Part shown: positions 1 to 9,448 of the stretch, piece by piece
How positions within the stretch are numbered: the stretch's first letter is position 1
Layout: each line of letters opens with the position of its first letter
DNA from: an uncultured archaeon
GTDB taxonomy: Archaea; Iainarchaeota; Iainarchaeia; Iainarchaeales; JAAZKV01
Assembly: GCA_964583285.1 (NCBI GenBank)
Contig: CAZOVD010000002.1
Location: 2,940-66,939, forward strand
Direction of reading: 5' to 3'
DNA length: 64,000 bases
Notes under the pieces: generated by a model
Database searches by the model: none
Told to the model about the DNA's origin: nothing
Seen by the model: only the letters and a program-made list of their open reading frames with translations
Translations under genes and position numbers: made by a program

Positions 1-1
1 A

Positions 2-313
2 ATAACAAGCAGGAGATATTTTACAAAAAATATATCTCCTGATACTCTCTTTAATCATATAACTGAAAAAGAAAAAACTAAGCTAATTAAAGATAATGAA
101 AAAGATTTAATTATTTTTGGTTTATACGGTGATTATTTTGAAAATAATAATATTGTTGAAATAGATAATGCAACAGAAAAAGCTCTGTTGCAATTGGATA
201 ATGAAATAGACCAATATAAAAAAATGATTAGGCAAATAAAAGTTACCAAAAGAAATTTAATATTAAATAATTCTAAGGATTTTAGAATATGTAAAAAAGA
301 GGAGTGGAAATAA
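2..313 (+). CDS. hypothetical protein, 5'-truncated by the window edge
   Basis: Frame 2 is open from base 2 to TAA 311-313 (...ICKKEEWK*). The stop overlaps the next ATG (TAATG). Absent from the ORF track because it has no start in the window. Confidence 0.5.
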   Translation: MTSRRYFTKNISPDTLFNHITEKEKTKLIKDNEKDLIIFGLYGDYFENNNIVEIDNATEKALLQLDNEIDQYKKMIRQIKVTKRNLILNNSKDFRICKKEEWK

Positions 314-537
314 TGACTGATAAAGAAATATATCAATTTATTAGAGATTTTGAAGATAATGGATTTAATTATAAATCTGATATCTTTAGAAAAACTCTTA
401 TGGAAGAATTTAATTTAACAGAAACTAAAGCAAAATATTATATTAAATTTTATAAAGACCATAAAAAAAATACAGTATCGCATGTAGTAGATATGCTTAT
501 TGAAAATAGAAATAAAAATAAAGGGCGATTAAATTGA
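313..537 (+). CDS. hypothetical protein
   Basis: ATG 313 is preceded by aaagaggagtgg (SD-like). The track start at 304 is a GTG three codons upstream. Stop overlaps the next gene. Confidence 0.6.
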   Translation: MTDKEIYQFIRDFEDNGFNYKSDIFRKTLMEEFNLTETKAKYYIKFYKDHKKNTVSHVVDMLIENRNKNKGRLN

Positions 538-2213
538 GTTTTTTAGTAGATTTTAATATTGATAAACAAAGAGTTGAAGTATTCTTTAAATATAATCCAG
601 AATATGTATCATTAATTAAAACCTTATCTAATAGAAGATGGGTTCCAGATGATAAAGTATGGGTAATTGGTTTATCTGATATTGAAATGCTTATTGAAAT
701 TGCTGATAAAAATGGTATTAGAGTTATACTTGGAGATAATTATTTAAATACATTTAAACAAAATGAAAACACTTTAATTAATACTTGGGAAACAAAATTA
801 GAATTACATAAATATCAAAAAGAAGGTGCAACTAAATTATATTATAATAAAAATTTTGCAATTTTTGATGATACTGGTTTAGGAAAAACAGCACAATGTA
901 TAGCTGTTATCTCAAAGCTTTATTTAGAATCTGATTCAAATAAAGATTTTAAAGTATTAATAATTTGCCCAAGTTCTTTAATGAAGCAATGGCAAGAAGA
1001 ATTTAAAAAGTTTTCTTATATTGATGAAAAAAATATTATATTAATAAAAGGTACTAAATTAAAAAGACAACAACTATGGTCTGAAAATAGTATGATAAAA
1101 ATAATGAATTATGATTTAATTAGATTTGATAATGAACCACTTGAACAAGAATGGGATTTAATTATATTAGATGAAGCAACTAGAATTAAAAATTTAACAG
1201 CAAAAACTACACAACAAATAAATAAATTAAAATCAAATAGAAAAATTGTTGCTACCGCAACTCCAATAGAAAATAATGTTAAAGAGTTATATTCTATTTT
1301 TAATTTTTTAAATCCTGACTTATTAGGAAAATTTTATAATTTTAGAAATGAATATTTTGTTGAAGAACTAATGGAAGCATATGGAAGAACATTTAATCAA
1401 TTAGTTGGATATAAAAATCTTGATAAATTAAAACGTATAATATCTCCATTTTATATTCGTAGAATTAAAGATGAAGTTATGTCTGAATTACCTAGTATTA
1501 TTAATGAAAATATATATATAGATTTAAGCACTAGTGAAAAAACAATATATAACCATATAGAAAAATTAATAGAAGACCAAAAGCAACCAGAAAATATGGT
1601 AGATGGTGGTGGAATAATAGGTCTTTATCAATTACAAAGAGTATTATGCAATGGAGAATATTGCTTTAAATATTCACAATCAACTAATCCTGATATTATG
1701 GCTCTACAAATGAAAGCAACTGAAAAAAGCACAAAAATTAATGAATGCTCTATACTTATAAATCAAATACTTTTAAACAATCCCAATGATAAGATATTAG
1801 TATTTTCAGATTTTACTATTCCATTTGAATTATTAAAACAGAAATTAGTTGATTTAAAAATAGGATATTCAGAATTATTTGGAGATGCAAAAAAAGAAGA
1901 ACAAATAAAACAATTTAAAGAAAATCCAAATATAAAAGTTTTCTTAATTCAAACAAAAACTGGAGGTGCAGGATTGAATTTACAAGAAGCAAATCATGTA
2001 ATATTTTTAAATAAACCTTTTAATCCTGCAACAGAATATCAAGCATTATCTAGAAGCCATAGACAAGGGCAAACAAAAACTGTATTTATCTATAATTTTA
2101 TTGTTGAAGATGGAATTGAAGAAAAAATTATAGATATACTAAAAAAGAAAAAAGATTTAAGTTTAAAGGTTATTGAAAAAGATATCTATAAAACAAGTGA
2201 GGTGATACAATGA
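534..2213 (+). CDS. SNF2/Rad54-family ATP-dependent helicase/translocase
   Basis: Helicase motifs 'DDTGLGKT', 'LDEATRIKN', 'ATATPIEN', 'TKTGGAGLNLQEANHVIF' and 'QALSRSHRQGQTK'. TTG start overlaps the upstream stop. Confidence 0.85.
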   Translation: MSFLVDFNIDKQRVEVFFKYNPEYVSLIKTLSNRRWVPDDKVWVIGLSDIEMLIEIADKNGIRVILGDNYLNTFKQNENTLINTWETKLELHKYQKEGATKLYYNKNFAIFDDTGLGKTAQCIAVISKLYLESDSNKDFKVLIICPSSLMKQWQEEFKKFSYIDEKNIILIKGTKLKRQQLWSENSMIKIMNYDLIRFDNEPLEQEWDLIILDEATRIKNLTAKTTQQINKLKSNRKIVATATPIENNVKELYSIFNFLNPDLLGKFYNFRNEYFVEELMEAYGRTFNQLVGYKNLDKLKRIISPFYIRRIKDEVMSELPSIINENIYIDLSTSEKTIYNHIEKLIEDQKQPENMVDGGGIIGLYQLQRVLCNGEYCFKYSQSTNPDIMALQMKATEKSTKINECSILINQILLNNPNDKILVFSDFTIPFELLKQKLVDLKIGYSELFGDAKKEEQIKQFKENPNIKVFLIQTKTGGAGLNLQEANHVIFLNKPFNPATEYQALSRSHRQGQTKTVFIYNFIVEDGIEEKIIDILKKKKDLSLKVIEKDIYKTSEVIQ

Positions 2214-2425
2214 TATCAGAAAAACCAAAAATAGTAGAAATAGTAATAGTTGAAAAAGGAACAGGTTATTTAAGAAAAAATGAAATAATAATTCCTGCAG
2301 AATTAATAGAAAGTAAAACAAGAAACGAAGTTCGTAAGCATTTAAGAAAAGAAATAGATAATGCAATAGATATGATTCTTAAAGACGAATTTGTTAATCA
2401 AATATTAGGATATAATATAAGGTAG
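2210..2425 (+). CDS. hypothetical protein
   Basis: ATGA overlap with the SNF2 stop; co-oriented operon. Confidence 0.55.
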   Translation: MISEKPKIVEIVIVEKGTGYLRKNEIIIPAELIESKTRNEVRKHLRKEIDNAIDMILKDEFVNQILGYNIR

Positions 2426-2434
2426 GTGATTAAA

Positions 2435-2608
2435 ATGAAAGTAAAGTTAATTGAAATAGATACAAGAGAAGGTTTTGTTAAAAAAGAAGAAGAACTTAAT
2501 AAAGAACTTAATAAGATAAATAATATTGAAAAAGTAGATACTATCATTGAAAATGGTAAACTTAAAACTATTATTTATTATAATGAAACAAAAAAATTTA
2601 AAGAATAA
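2435..2608 (+). CDS. hypothetical protein
   Basis: ATG 2435 follows 'aggtaggtgattaaa' (strong SD). The track start at 2426 is a GTG inside the SD. Confidence 0.55.
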   Translation: MKVKLIEIDTREGFVKKEEELNKELNKINNIEKVDTIIENGKLKTIIYYNETKKFKE

Positions 2609-2628
2609 AGGATTTTGTTTTCCTTTAT
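2605..2628. terminator. hairpin between convergent genes (bidirectional terminator candidate)
   Basis: ATAAAGGA (2605-2612) pairs with TCCTTTAT (2621-2628), with an 8-nt T-rich loop. It overlaps both convergent stop codons. Confidence 0.5.
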
Positions 2629-2882
2629 TCTAATTCAACCCTTGAAAAATAAAAATCAAGGAAACTTAACACTCTTGTTGTTACATAAGTTGCTCCACCA
2701 AGCATTGCAATTATGGCAGCACTTTCTGGATATAAAACAGCTATTGAAACAACTGCTCCTGCAACTATTTTAATAGCAGGTTTATGATTTTTTAGTAATT
2801 TTGCTAGGTCATCAAGAAGCCATTTTTTCAAACTAAATCCTTTAATACTTCCTGCTTCACTAACTTCAACTTTTTTAGCCAT
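2625..2882 (-). CDS. small membrane protein, holin-like
   Basis: 85 aa with two hydrophobic segments ('IKIVAGAVVSIAVLY', 'AAIIAMLGGATYV'). Last gene of the late block, next to the peptidase. Confidence 0.45.
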   Translation of the reverse strand: MAKKVEVSEAGSIKGFSLKKWLLDDLAKLLKNHKPAIKIVAGAVVSIAVLYPESAAIIAMLGGATYVTTRVLSFLDFYFSRVELE

Positions 2883-2948
2883 ATTTTATTCACCTCATCA
2901 TTAAAGCTATTGAAATAAATATTATTCCAATAACAATAAATATAATTT

Positions 2949-3356
2949 TTATAATAATTTTTGAATTAACCATAATAAAAAACTCATAACAATTGGTACA
3001 ACTACTGCAATACCAGCTACCTGAATTTTTAAATTCCAAAGCATTGTTTCAATATTTTTAGCTTCTTTGTCTTGCTCTTTATTTTCTTTAATAAAATCTT
3101 CTCTTAACTTATTAATTTCTGTTCTAAAACCATCTTGACAAGCTAACCTACCATTATTATAACTAACAAAATTATTATCAATACTATTAAACTTTTTTTC
3201 ATGCTCAACAACTTTACCATTAAGAGTTTTCAAATGTTCTTTAATACCAGCAGTTTCAACTTTGATTTCAGTAAGACCTTCTATAATCTTATCAAATCTA
3301 GTATTAATTGCATCAAACTCTTTCTTTGCCATATAACACACACCAATCGCCTTCAC
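2949..3356 (-). CDS. coiled-coil protein with C-terminal membrane anchor (lysis-associated candidate)
   Basis: C-terminal TM 'VAGIAVVVPIVMSFLLWLI'. GTGA overlap with the upstream stop; alternative ATG at 3332. Confidence 0.45.
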   Translation of the reverse strand: MKAIGVCYMAKKEFDAINTRFDKIIEGLTEIKVETAGIKEHLKTLNGKVVEHEKKFNSIDNNFVSYNNGRLACQDGFRTEINKLREDFIKENKEQDKEAKNIETMLWNLKIQVAGIAVVVPIVMSFLLWLIQKLL

Positions 3357-4222
3357 TTGTATTCAAACAAGTTATCCCTGTCCACTCCATCTGTTTCAAA
3401 AGTACTCCAAGCATACAAATCATTATTAGAATGCCACACTCTATAAATACCAATAACATCTTTATCTTGAGCATCTTTACTTGTATAAAAATCACTTAAA
3501 GTAGTTTTTCTTTGAAAATTACCACCATAAGTACTATTCAAATGATGCCATTTACCAGTTTTCTTAGAATAAACATAAACAGTAGAATGACCACCTATTT
3601 TAGTATCACCCACAACTACTCTTCCTAAATGAGCTGGTAATCCAGCTGCCCTATAAAAAGATAATTGAAAATGAGCCCAAGAATCACAATCAAAACCAGC
3701 ATCTTTATCAATTTCTTTTCTCTCAAGAATTTCAAAAGGAAACTCCCAAAATTCAGAAACTTGATAATTATTAGAATCATAAGTATATTTGTAATAATTA
3801 GTTTTAATCCAATTATAAATTTTAACAACATCTTCTTCATAAGTAGATTCTTTAATATGTAATTTATGTTTGTCAATTAAATTATGAATATGAAAATCTT
3901 GAGGAGTAATCAATAATCTAACATCAATAGGAATACGCTTATCATTATCAATAAAAGTCCTACCTCTATACTCAATATCTGACTTTGGGTACTTATTATT
4001 TAATTCTTTAGCAAGAGGGTCATCTTCTTTATTCAACAAAGCAAAGTATTGTTTAGATAACAAATCAAGTTCATTCCCAAGCAACTTAACTTTATCAGTT
4101 TTTGACTCAAGATTTTTTTCAGTATTAGATAACTTAACCTCACATGTATTAGCTCTATTAAGTAAATTGTTAATTGTTGTATCAAAACCGAAAAGGTTAG
4201 CAATAACATCTTTTAAACTCAT
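3353..4222 (-). CDS. transglutaminase-like cysteine peptidase (candidate cell-wall lysin)
   Basis: Transglutaminase-core pattern 'GFDCDSWAHFQLSFYRAAGLPA...GGHSTVYV' (Cys...His). N-terminal coiled coil. Sits just before the membrane proteins. Confidence 0.55.
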   Translation of the reverse strand: MSLKDVIANLFGFDTTINNLLNRANTCEVKLSNTEKNLESKTDKVKLLGNELDLLSKQYFALLNKEDDPLAKELNNKYPKSDIEYRGRTFIDNDKRIPIDVRLLITPQDFHIHNLIDKHKLHIKESTYEEDVVKIYNWIKTNYYKYTYDSNNYQVSEFWEFPFEILERKEIDKDAGFDCDSWAHFQLSFYRAAGLPAHLGRVVVGDTKIGGHSTVYVYSKKTGKWHHLNSTYGGNFQRKTTLSDFYTSKDAQDKDVIGIYRVWHSNNDLYAWSTFETDGVDRDNLFEYK

Positions 4223-4920
4223 TCAATCACCCTTCCTGCAAAAATACTTAAATAACCTGAATTGGTCCACGACGAATTTCCACCACTATCTGTTTCTTTT
4301 GCTCTGGCATACATATTAATATATAAATTTGTGGCATCTAAATTCAAACTACTAATATCTGTTGAATCAGCTAATTGTGTATATGAACTTCCAGCACTTC
4401 CTCCAGAACTAGGGCTAACAACTGCAGTGGTTTGATAATATTTTCCTCTTAAAAATTCTAAATTTTTTAAATCAATAACCATCACTGTAGAAAAACCAGT
4501 TACACTTGTACTATGTGATGCAGTATTTGAACCATCAGTACTCACACTTGCATTTCCATAATATAATTGATAATTTGTAGTTCCATCATCTAATTCTATT
4601 TCAATATTTCCATTAGCTTGTCCAGAATAACTTCCGGCAGTTCCACCTAAACTATATCCTAAAGATATGGTAATACTTCCATTTTTAGAAAATGTTCTCA
4701 AAACTGACCAAGGAATACTCCATACTGCAGTGTATGATGTATCATCAATATCAGCAGTACCATTATTAGCATTAACACTAAAAACTACTCTATTATTAGA
4801 AGTAAAACAACTAGAAATTCTTTTACTTTCATTTAAATCAAATAAAGTTAATGTACCATGCTTTTCAGGAACTATTAAATTTTCATTAGATATAGAACTA
4901 AATTCAATAGGCATTATCAA
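4219..4920 (-). CDS. distal tail/fibre-associated structural protein
   Basis: Ser/Thr/Gly/Asn-rich 233 aa; ATGA-coupled within the tail-fibre gene run. Confidence 0.35.
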   Translation of the reverse strand: MIMPIEFSSISNENLIVPEKHGTLTLFDLNESKRISSCFTSNNRVVFSVNANNGTADIDDTSYTAVWSIPWSVLRTFSKNGSITISLGYSLGGTAGSYSGQANGNIEIELDDGTTNYQLYYGNASVSTDGSNTASHSTSVTGFSTVMVIDLKNLEFLRGKYYQTTAVVSPSSGGSAGSSYTQLADSTDISSLNLDATNLYINMYARAKETDSGGNSSWTNSGYLSIFAGRVIE

Positions 4921-5528
4921 TCACCCACCGCAAACACTCTTATAGTTGTTGTGCCACTAGAAGTTATTCCATCTAATCTATTAGAATTATAATTAATTAT
5001 TAAATTATCTCCAGCTGGAATTTTATAATCAGTAGTAACAGCAGTTGCTGAAAATCTAATATAAACATCTACAGCACCATCATTACTGATTAACCAATTA
5101 TCATAAGTTTGAGTATCATTATAAATTTCTGTACTAGTTGAAGAAACTGAGACATTTGTTGATAAAAATTCAGGGTATCTACTAACTGCTCCAACACCTC
5201 CAATTACTGATAAAGTTGAACTCAATCCAGTATCACAAACAAAATTAAGTTGAGTTTCCCTTGCTTGAAATTTTAATTCTTCAGTTGGTTTTAAATTAAA
5301 GTTATTTGTTGTTGCTGTTGCTCCAAAATTGATAAATACATCATTAGCACCAGTATTTTTTATTAACCAAACTGTTGCTCCAGTAACTGTTTTTGATGCG
5401 TTTGTATCACTTACATTTTGCTCAGAAACATCAATACCACTAGAAATATTATTTGAATTAAAGATATTTACATCTGTAGAATATAATACATCTCCGTCTG
5501 CCTTTGGAAATTCTCCTTCTGCTGCCAT
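4917..5528 (-). CDS. distal tail/fibre-associated structural protein
   Basis: 203 aa with an internally repeated pattern ('VFINFGATATTNNF' / 'VYIRFSATAVTTDY'). Lies in the fibre gene run. Confidence 0.35.
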   Translation of the reverse strand: MAAEGEFPKADGDVLYSTDVNIFNSNNISSGIDVSEQNVSDTNASKTVTGATVWLIKNTGANDVFINFGATATTNNFNLKPTEELKFQARETQLNFVCDTGLSSTLSVIGGVGAVSRYPEFLSTNVSVSSTSTEIYNDTQTYDNWLISNDGAVDVYIRFSATAVTTDYKIPAGDNLIINYNSNRLDGITSSGTTTIRVFAVGD

Positions 5529-5987
5529 CTATTTCACCCTCATAATATAAACAATTTCATAATATGGAGATAGTGTTGATACTGTGTGTGAGTGTGCTGG
5601 TGTTGCTTGGGTAGGATTTCCATCACCAATATTAGCTGTTCCTGCAGTACTTGTTGTTGCTGTATCTACTCCTCCAGAACCACCACTTGTTGTATCTCCT
5701 CTTAAAAATCTTTGATATTTTTGACCATCTGATAAAGCTGCACCTGTTGCATCACCATTAAGATTAGGGATAACTTGACCATCTAATAAACTTTCAGCAT
5801 CAGATAAAGTTTGTCCATTGCACTCAACAAATCTATCATCAAGAGCAGGAACACCTGTTAAAGATTTAGCCCAAGGTAAAATAGTTCCAATAGGAACCAT
5901 TCCAGTCCAAGCAAAATTCTCATTCACTTCTGAACTTTTTGCTAATGTTCCTGATGTAAATACATTTGGTACTGCCATAATAATCAC
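5529..5987 (-). CDS. tail-collar-domain fibre protein (paralog B)
   Basis: Collar-like pattern 'IGTILPWAK...CNGQTLS...IPNLNG...RFLRG'. Paralog of 5984-6442, with the shared end 'YYE(I/V)VYIMR(V/I)K'. Confidence 0.6.
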   Translation of the reverse strand: MIIMAVPNVFTSGTLAKSSEVNENFAWTGMVPIGTILPWAKSLTGVPALDDRFVECNGQTLSDAESLLDGQVIPNLNGDATGAALSDGQKYQRFLRGDTTSGGSGGVDTATTSTAGTANIGDGNPTQATPAHSHTVSTLSPYYEIVYIMRVK

Positions 5988-6442
5988 TTAATCCTCATAA
6001 TATAAACTACTTCGTAATAAGTTGGTAAAATATCTTGCGTAGCACTACCAGCACTACCAGTAGTAGTACTTGTCAAAACATACTGCGCACCAGTACCAGT
6101 GAATCCAACAGTAGTTGATAAACTATGTGTGTGAGATAAATCAACAGTATCATTACCACCAGTACTTCCAGAAGTAGAACTACCTCTTAAGAATCTATTA
6201 TCCCCATTCAAATCAGGAATAGTAACTCCATCATAAGGACTATCAGCATCACTAATAGTAGACCCATCACACTCAACCCAACCATCAGGTAAACTAGGAG
6301 TCCCAGTCAAAGTCTTCAACCAAGGAATAACACTTCCTATTGGGGGAATAACACTTTTTACATAATTAGCATTTGTAGTAACACCATTTTTTATAACAGT
6401 ATTATAACCATTAGTTTCATCAGTATTTCCATTTAAAGACAT
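5984..6442 (-). CDS. tail-collar-domain fibre protein (paralog A)
   Basis: 'IGSVIPWLK...PDGWVECDGSTIS...IPDLNGDNRFLRG'. Same length (152 aa) as the neighbouring paralog. Confidence 0.6.
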   Translation of the reverse strand: MSLNGNTDETNGYNTVIKNGVTTNANYVKSVIPPIGSVIPWLKTLTGTPSLPDGWVECDGSTISDADSPYDGVTIPDLNGDNRFLRGSSTSGSTGGNDTVDLSHTHSLSTTVGFTGTGAQYVLTSTTTGSAGSATQDILPTYYEVVYIMRIK

Positions 6443-6469
6443 ATCTTATTCCTCTTTATTAAATTTATT

Positions 6470-6495
6470 TTTTTATCATTTATAAATATAATTTA
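6470..6495 (-). promoter_or_regulatory. late-type promoter motif copy 1
   Basis: Exact 18-mer tcatttataaatataatt (plus-strand text) at 6476-6493. On the - strand it reads AATTATATTTATAAATGA, about 40 nt upstream of ATG 6442. Confidence 0.6.
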
Positions 6496-6496
6496 A

Positions 6497-6982
6497 TTAA
6501 ATTTTTTGTGTATATTCAATCCTTAATTCTAATGTATTATCTTTAGTTATTTTATCAAATGTTGCTCTGCAATATGCAGTTCCAACTGTTGCTCCGGTTC
6601 CTGTACATAAAATTATTTCTGTTAAATCTGTTGATGTTGTTATTTGTGTAGAACTTAAATATCCTACAAAAGTGATTGTTTGAAAATCGTCTTCTGTAAA
6701 TTCTTCATATGTTTTATAAATATTTGAACCACCATCATAAATTACAGGTATTTCAAGTCCTGTATCTGTAACAGCTGGTGGTGTGGTTCCTATTCCTACA
6801 CCAAATGCTTGTAAATAATTTGTAGTGTCTTCTCCTGTTAATTTATCTCTTAATAGAGTTCTACCAATATTTAAAATCAAGTTATCTTTATCAACTAATA
6901 AATTCCAGTTATTTTCTCCAACTTTTCTTCCAAATATTTTTATATGTCCTTTTAACATTCCTAATTTTAAATCATCTTTCAT
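6497..6982 (-). CDS. tail/baseplate structural protein (unassigned)
   Basis: 161 aa; position in the tail module; SD 'aaaggaggaataa'. Confidence 0.35.
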   Translation of the reverse strand: MKDDLKLGMLKGHIKIFGRKVGENNWNLLVDKDNLILNIGRTLLRDKLTGEDTTNYLQAFGVGIGTTPPAVTDTGLEIPVIYDGGSNIYKTYEEFTEDDFQTITFVGYLSSTQITTSTDLTEIILCTGTGATVGTAYCRATFDKITKDNTLELRIEYTQKI

Positions 6983-6997
6983 ATTTATTCCTCCTTT

Positions 6998-9148
6998 TTA
7001 ATCACTAGGATTAGTTACTAAATTTCCTGAAAATTCACTTGGTATTGTTCCAAGTTTTGAAGTTCCAAGTATTCCTCCTAAACTATTTCCAAGTAAAAAT
7101 GATGTTGTAACATCTTCCCCCCATTCTGCTACACCCCAAACACCTAATAAATCATTGCCCCAAATTCCTGCTCCACCTGCCCAATTATATGTATCCCATA
7201 ATCCAAATGCATCATTATCCCATATTAATTGATTCCCTGTAATACTTCTAGTTCTTATTACAAGTTGTGCACTCGGATTATCAATTAATTCTAAATCATC
7301 TAAAAATTCAATTGCTTCAATTAAAACATCTGATTGTCCTTTTTCTTTTTCTTCAAGAGCATTAATTCTTTCATATAAATTATTTAAGTAATCTTCAACT
7401 GTATTTGGCAATGCTGATAACTTAAGAGTAGTATTTAATTTTCCTCCAATTAAAATACTTTTAGTACTTGTAACAACAAAAGTTTGTGGCGTTGAATAAT
7501 ATTTATCATTTATATATTGTACTGTTTCACCTACATCTATTAACGGATTTATTTTTATCTTACTTGTCCCCACTGGAATAGGGTCTTTATATCTTGATAC
7601 AGTTTGTCTTGCTATTGTTAGAGCATCATCTTTACTAAAAATATATTCATTTTCTATTTTACTTTCTCTTAATCCATAATTACTAATACTTTCAGTATCT
7701 TTATATGTTGCAGTAATTGGAACAGAATATGTATAATTTACAACAATATTATTTGTTCCAACTCCTGGTACAGAACCAGATTCAAAAATAATTTGTCTAT
7801 TTTTTTGGTCTGTTTTATAATCAAATGTTGTTCCAGTCATTCCTGTTTGATAACCTAATTGCTCTGTTCCACCAACAGTTATATAAGTATCTACAGGTTC
7901 ATATGTAAGTGTAAAAGTATCTGTAGAACCATTACCACTAAATTTTTCTTCCCAAGTAAATAATTGCCTTGCTCCATATACTGTTACTTTATTAATAAGA
8001 TTTGTATCATCATCATAAAACTCATCTGATAAAATATTATTTCCTCTAGTTAAGGTTACTCCAGAACTAATTGTTCCTTGAATACCAAAATTTAAATCTT
8101 TATTGATATCAACATAAAAATCATAATCTACTGGTCTTGCATTTGCTATTTTTTTAATTGCTTCATGGCAACTGACATTTTTGAATTGTACTGTTGTATA
8201 ATTATTAGTAAATTCTACTTTATCTGTAGTAAATCCATCTGTTTCATCATTATGCGGGTTTATTCTCATTTCATCTAAATAAAAATAACCAGAATCAGTT
8301 GATGCAACATCTATTGATAATCTTACATAATCATTATTAAACAATGAAACAGTTCCAATATCTGTTTTATTTGCCATATCAAATATTAAATAATTCCAAC
8401 CATTTACTAAAGTTGCTTCATTAGACATTTCATAATAATTAGAATTATCTTGTCCAATTCTAAGAGTTAATCCACTAACATCTGATGCATCTTCAATATA
8501 AAAGTATATTTGAATTCTATCTGTAGGTTGTAATTGATAACCATTGGTATAAGTTTTTTCTATATATCCTATTCCAGTACTAGCTGTTATTACTTTTAAA
8601 CAAGCTGTTCCAAATCTAGCATATAAATGATTATTCGCATCTGTTCCAGTTTCAGAACTAATAGTTGTTAGTATACTACTATCAGAAGTCCACCCAGTTG
8701 TTGCATCAAAACTATCTATAATAGTTCCTTTTAAGATATATTTATTAATAATATCTCTAACAATTATACTAAATTCTTTATCATTATATACTTGTGCTCT
8801 AACAAGAACCTGATTTAGATAAGTTGTATAATCACCACCAGTTATAGATAATTCAAATGCTTTTCCAAGAGTTCTTTCAACTGTTTCAATATATCCACCA
8901 AATATTTTTGCATTATCAGAAGTTCTAAATGCTTTTAATTCATCACCAGAACTAACAGTATTATAAAGAGTATTTGTTGGGTCACTTATTAATAAATTAA
9001 ATTTACCAGATAATTTAGTAAGATTTCTTTCCCAATCAAATTGTTTTACTCTTGTTAATGTAGACCCATTAATAGTTAAATAATATCTAGTACTAGAAAG
9101 TTCCCCGTATGTTGAACTATCATATAAGTCTATATCATATCCTGGCAT
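6998..9148 (-). CDS. large distal tail / baseplate hub-like structural protein
   Basis: 716 aa, one of the largest ORFs in the distal-tail gene run that follows the tape measure. C-terminal Trp/Gly-rich repeats 'WGNDLLGVWGVAEWG'. Confidence 0.5.
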   Translation of the reverse strand: MPGYDIDLYDSSTYGELSSTRYYLTINGSTLTRVKQFDWERNLTKLSGKFNLLISDPTNTLYNTVSSGDELKAFRTSDNAKIFGGYIETVERTLGKAFELSITGGDYTTYLNQVLVRAQVYNDKEFSIIVRDIINKYILKGTIIDSFDATTGWTSDSSILTTISSETGTDANNHLYARFGTACLKVITASTGIGYIEKTYTNGYQLQPTDRIQIYFYIEDASDVSGLTLRIGQDNSNYYEMSNEATLVNGWNYLIFDMANKTDIGTVSLFNNDYVRLSIDVASTDSGYFYLDEMRINPHNDETDGFTTDKVEFTNNYTTVQFKNVSCHEAIKKIANARPVDYDFYVDINKDLNFGIQGTISSGVTLTRGNNILSDEFYDDDTNLINKVTVYGARQLFTWEEKFSGNGSTDTFTLTYEPVDTYITVGGTEQLGYQTGMTGTTFDYKTDQKNRQIIFESGSVPGVGTNNIVVNYTYSVPITATYKDTESISNYGLRESKIENEYIFSKDDALTIARQTVSRYKDPIPVGTSKIKINPLIDVGETVQYINDKYYSTPQTFVVTSTKSILIGGKLNTTLKLSALPNTVEDYLNNLYERINALEEKEKGQSDVLIEAIEFLDDLELIDNPSAQLVIRTRSITGNQLIWDNDAFGLWDTYNWAGGAGIWGNDLLGVWGVAEWGEDVTTSFLLGNSLGGILGTSKLGTIPSEFSGNLVTNPSD

Positions 9149-9161
9149 TTATTAATCACTT

Positions 9162-9437
9162 CTATTCTTCATCTATTGTATAATCATTGTCCTCGTATGC
9201 TTGCCATTTAGTATTAAATTCTTCTCTTTTTGCTTGTACTAAATCAGAAATCACACCTTCGTTAATTTCTCTTGCTGAATCCCTTGCTTTATAAAATTCA
9301 TTTTTTCTTTTTTGTTCTGCATTATCTTGTGCAAATTCTGCAATAGCTCCAAGTAAAGCACTTGCTTTTTCTTGTTCTCCTAATGCTAAATAAGCATCAC
9401 TTGTTATTAATTCTGTTATTTTATCTTCTAAACTCAT
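9162..9437 (-). CDS. hypothetical acidic protein in the tail module
   Basis: 91 aa, helical and acidic, co-oriented. Confidence 0.4.
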   Translation of the reverse strand: MSLEDKITELITSDAYLALGEQEKASALLGAIAEFAQDNAEQKRKNEFYKARDSAREINEGVISDLVQAKREEFNTKWQAYEDNDYTIDEE

Positions 9438-9448
9438 ATTAAATCACC

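Noticed and set aside
10-41. Perfect 10-bp hairpin CAGGAGATAT-N12-ATATCTCCTG at the left edge, considered as a terminator or regulatory site.
   Set aside because: It lies inside an open reading frame that runs uninterrupted from base 2 to 313 and has no following T-run. Without upstream context it cannot be interpreted.
2883-2948. Possible tiny hydrophobic peptide (..IIKIIFIVIGIIFISIALMMR*) between the two lysis-associated membrane genes.
   Set aside because: No ATG, GTG or TTG start could be placed in frame, so it cannot be supported as a gene.
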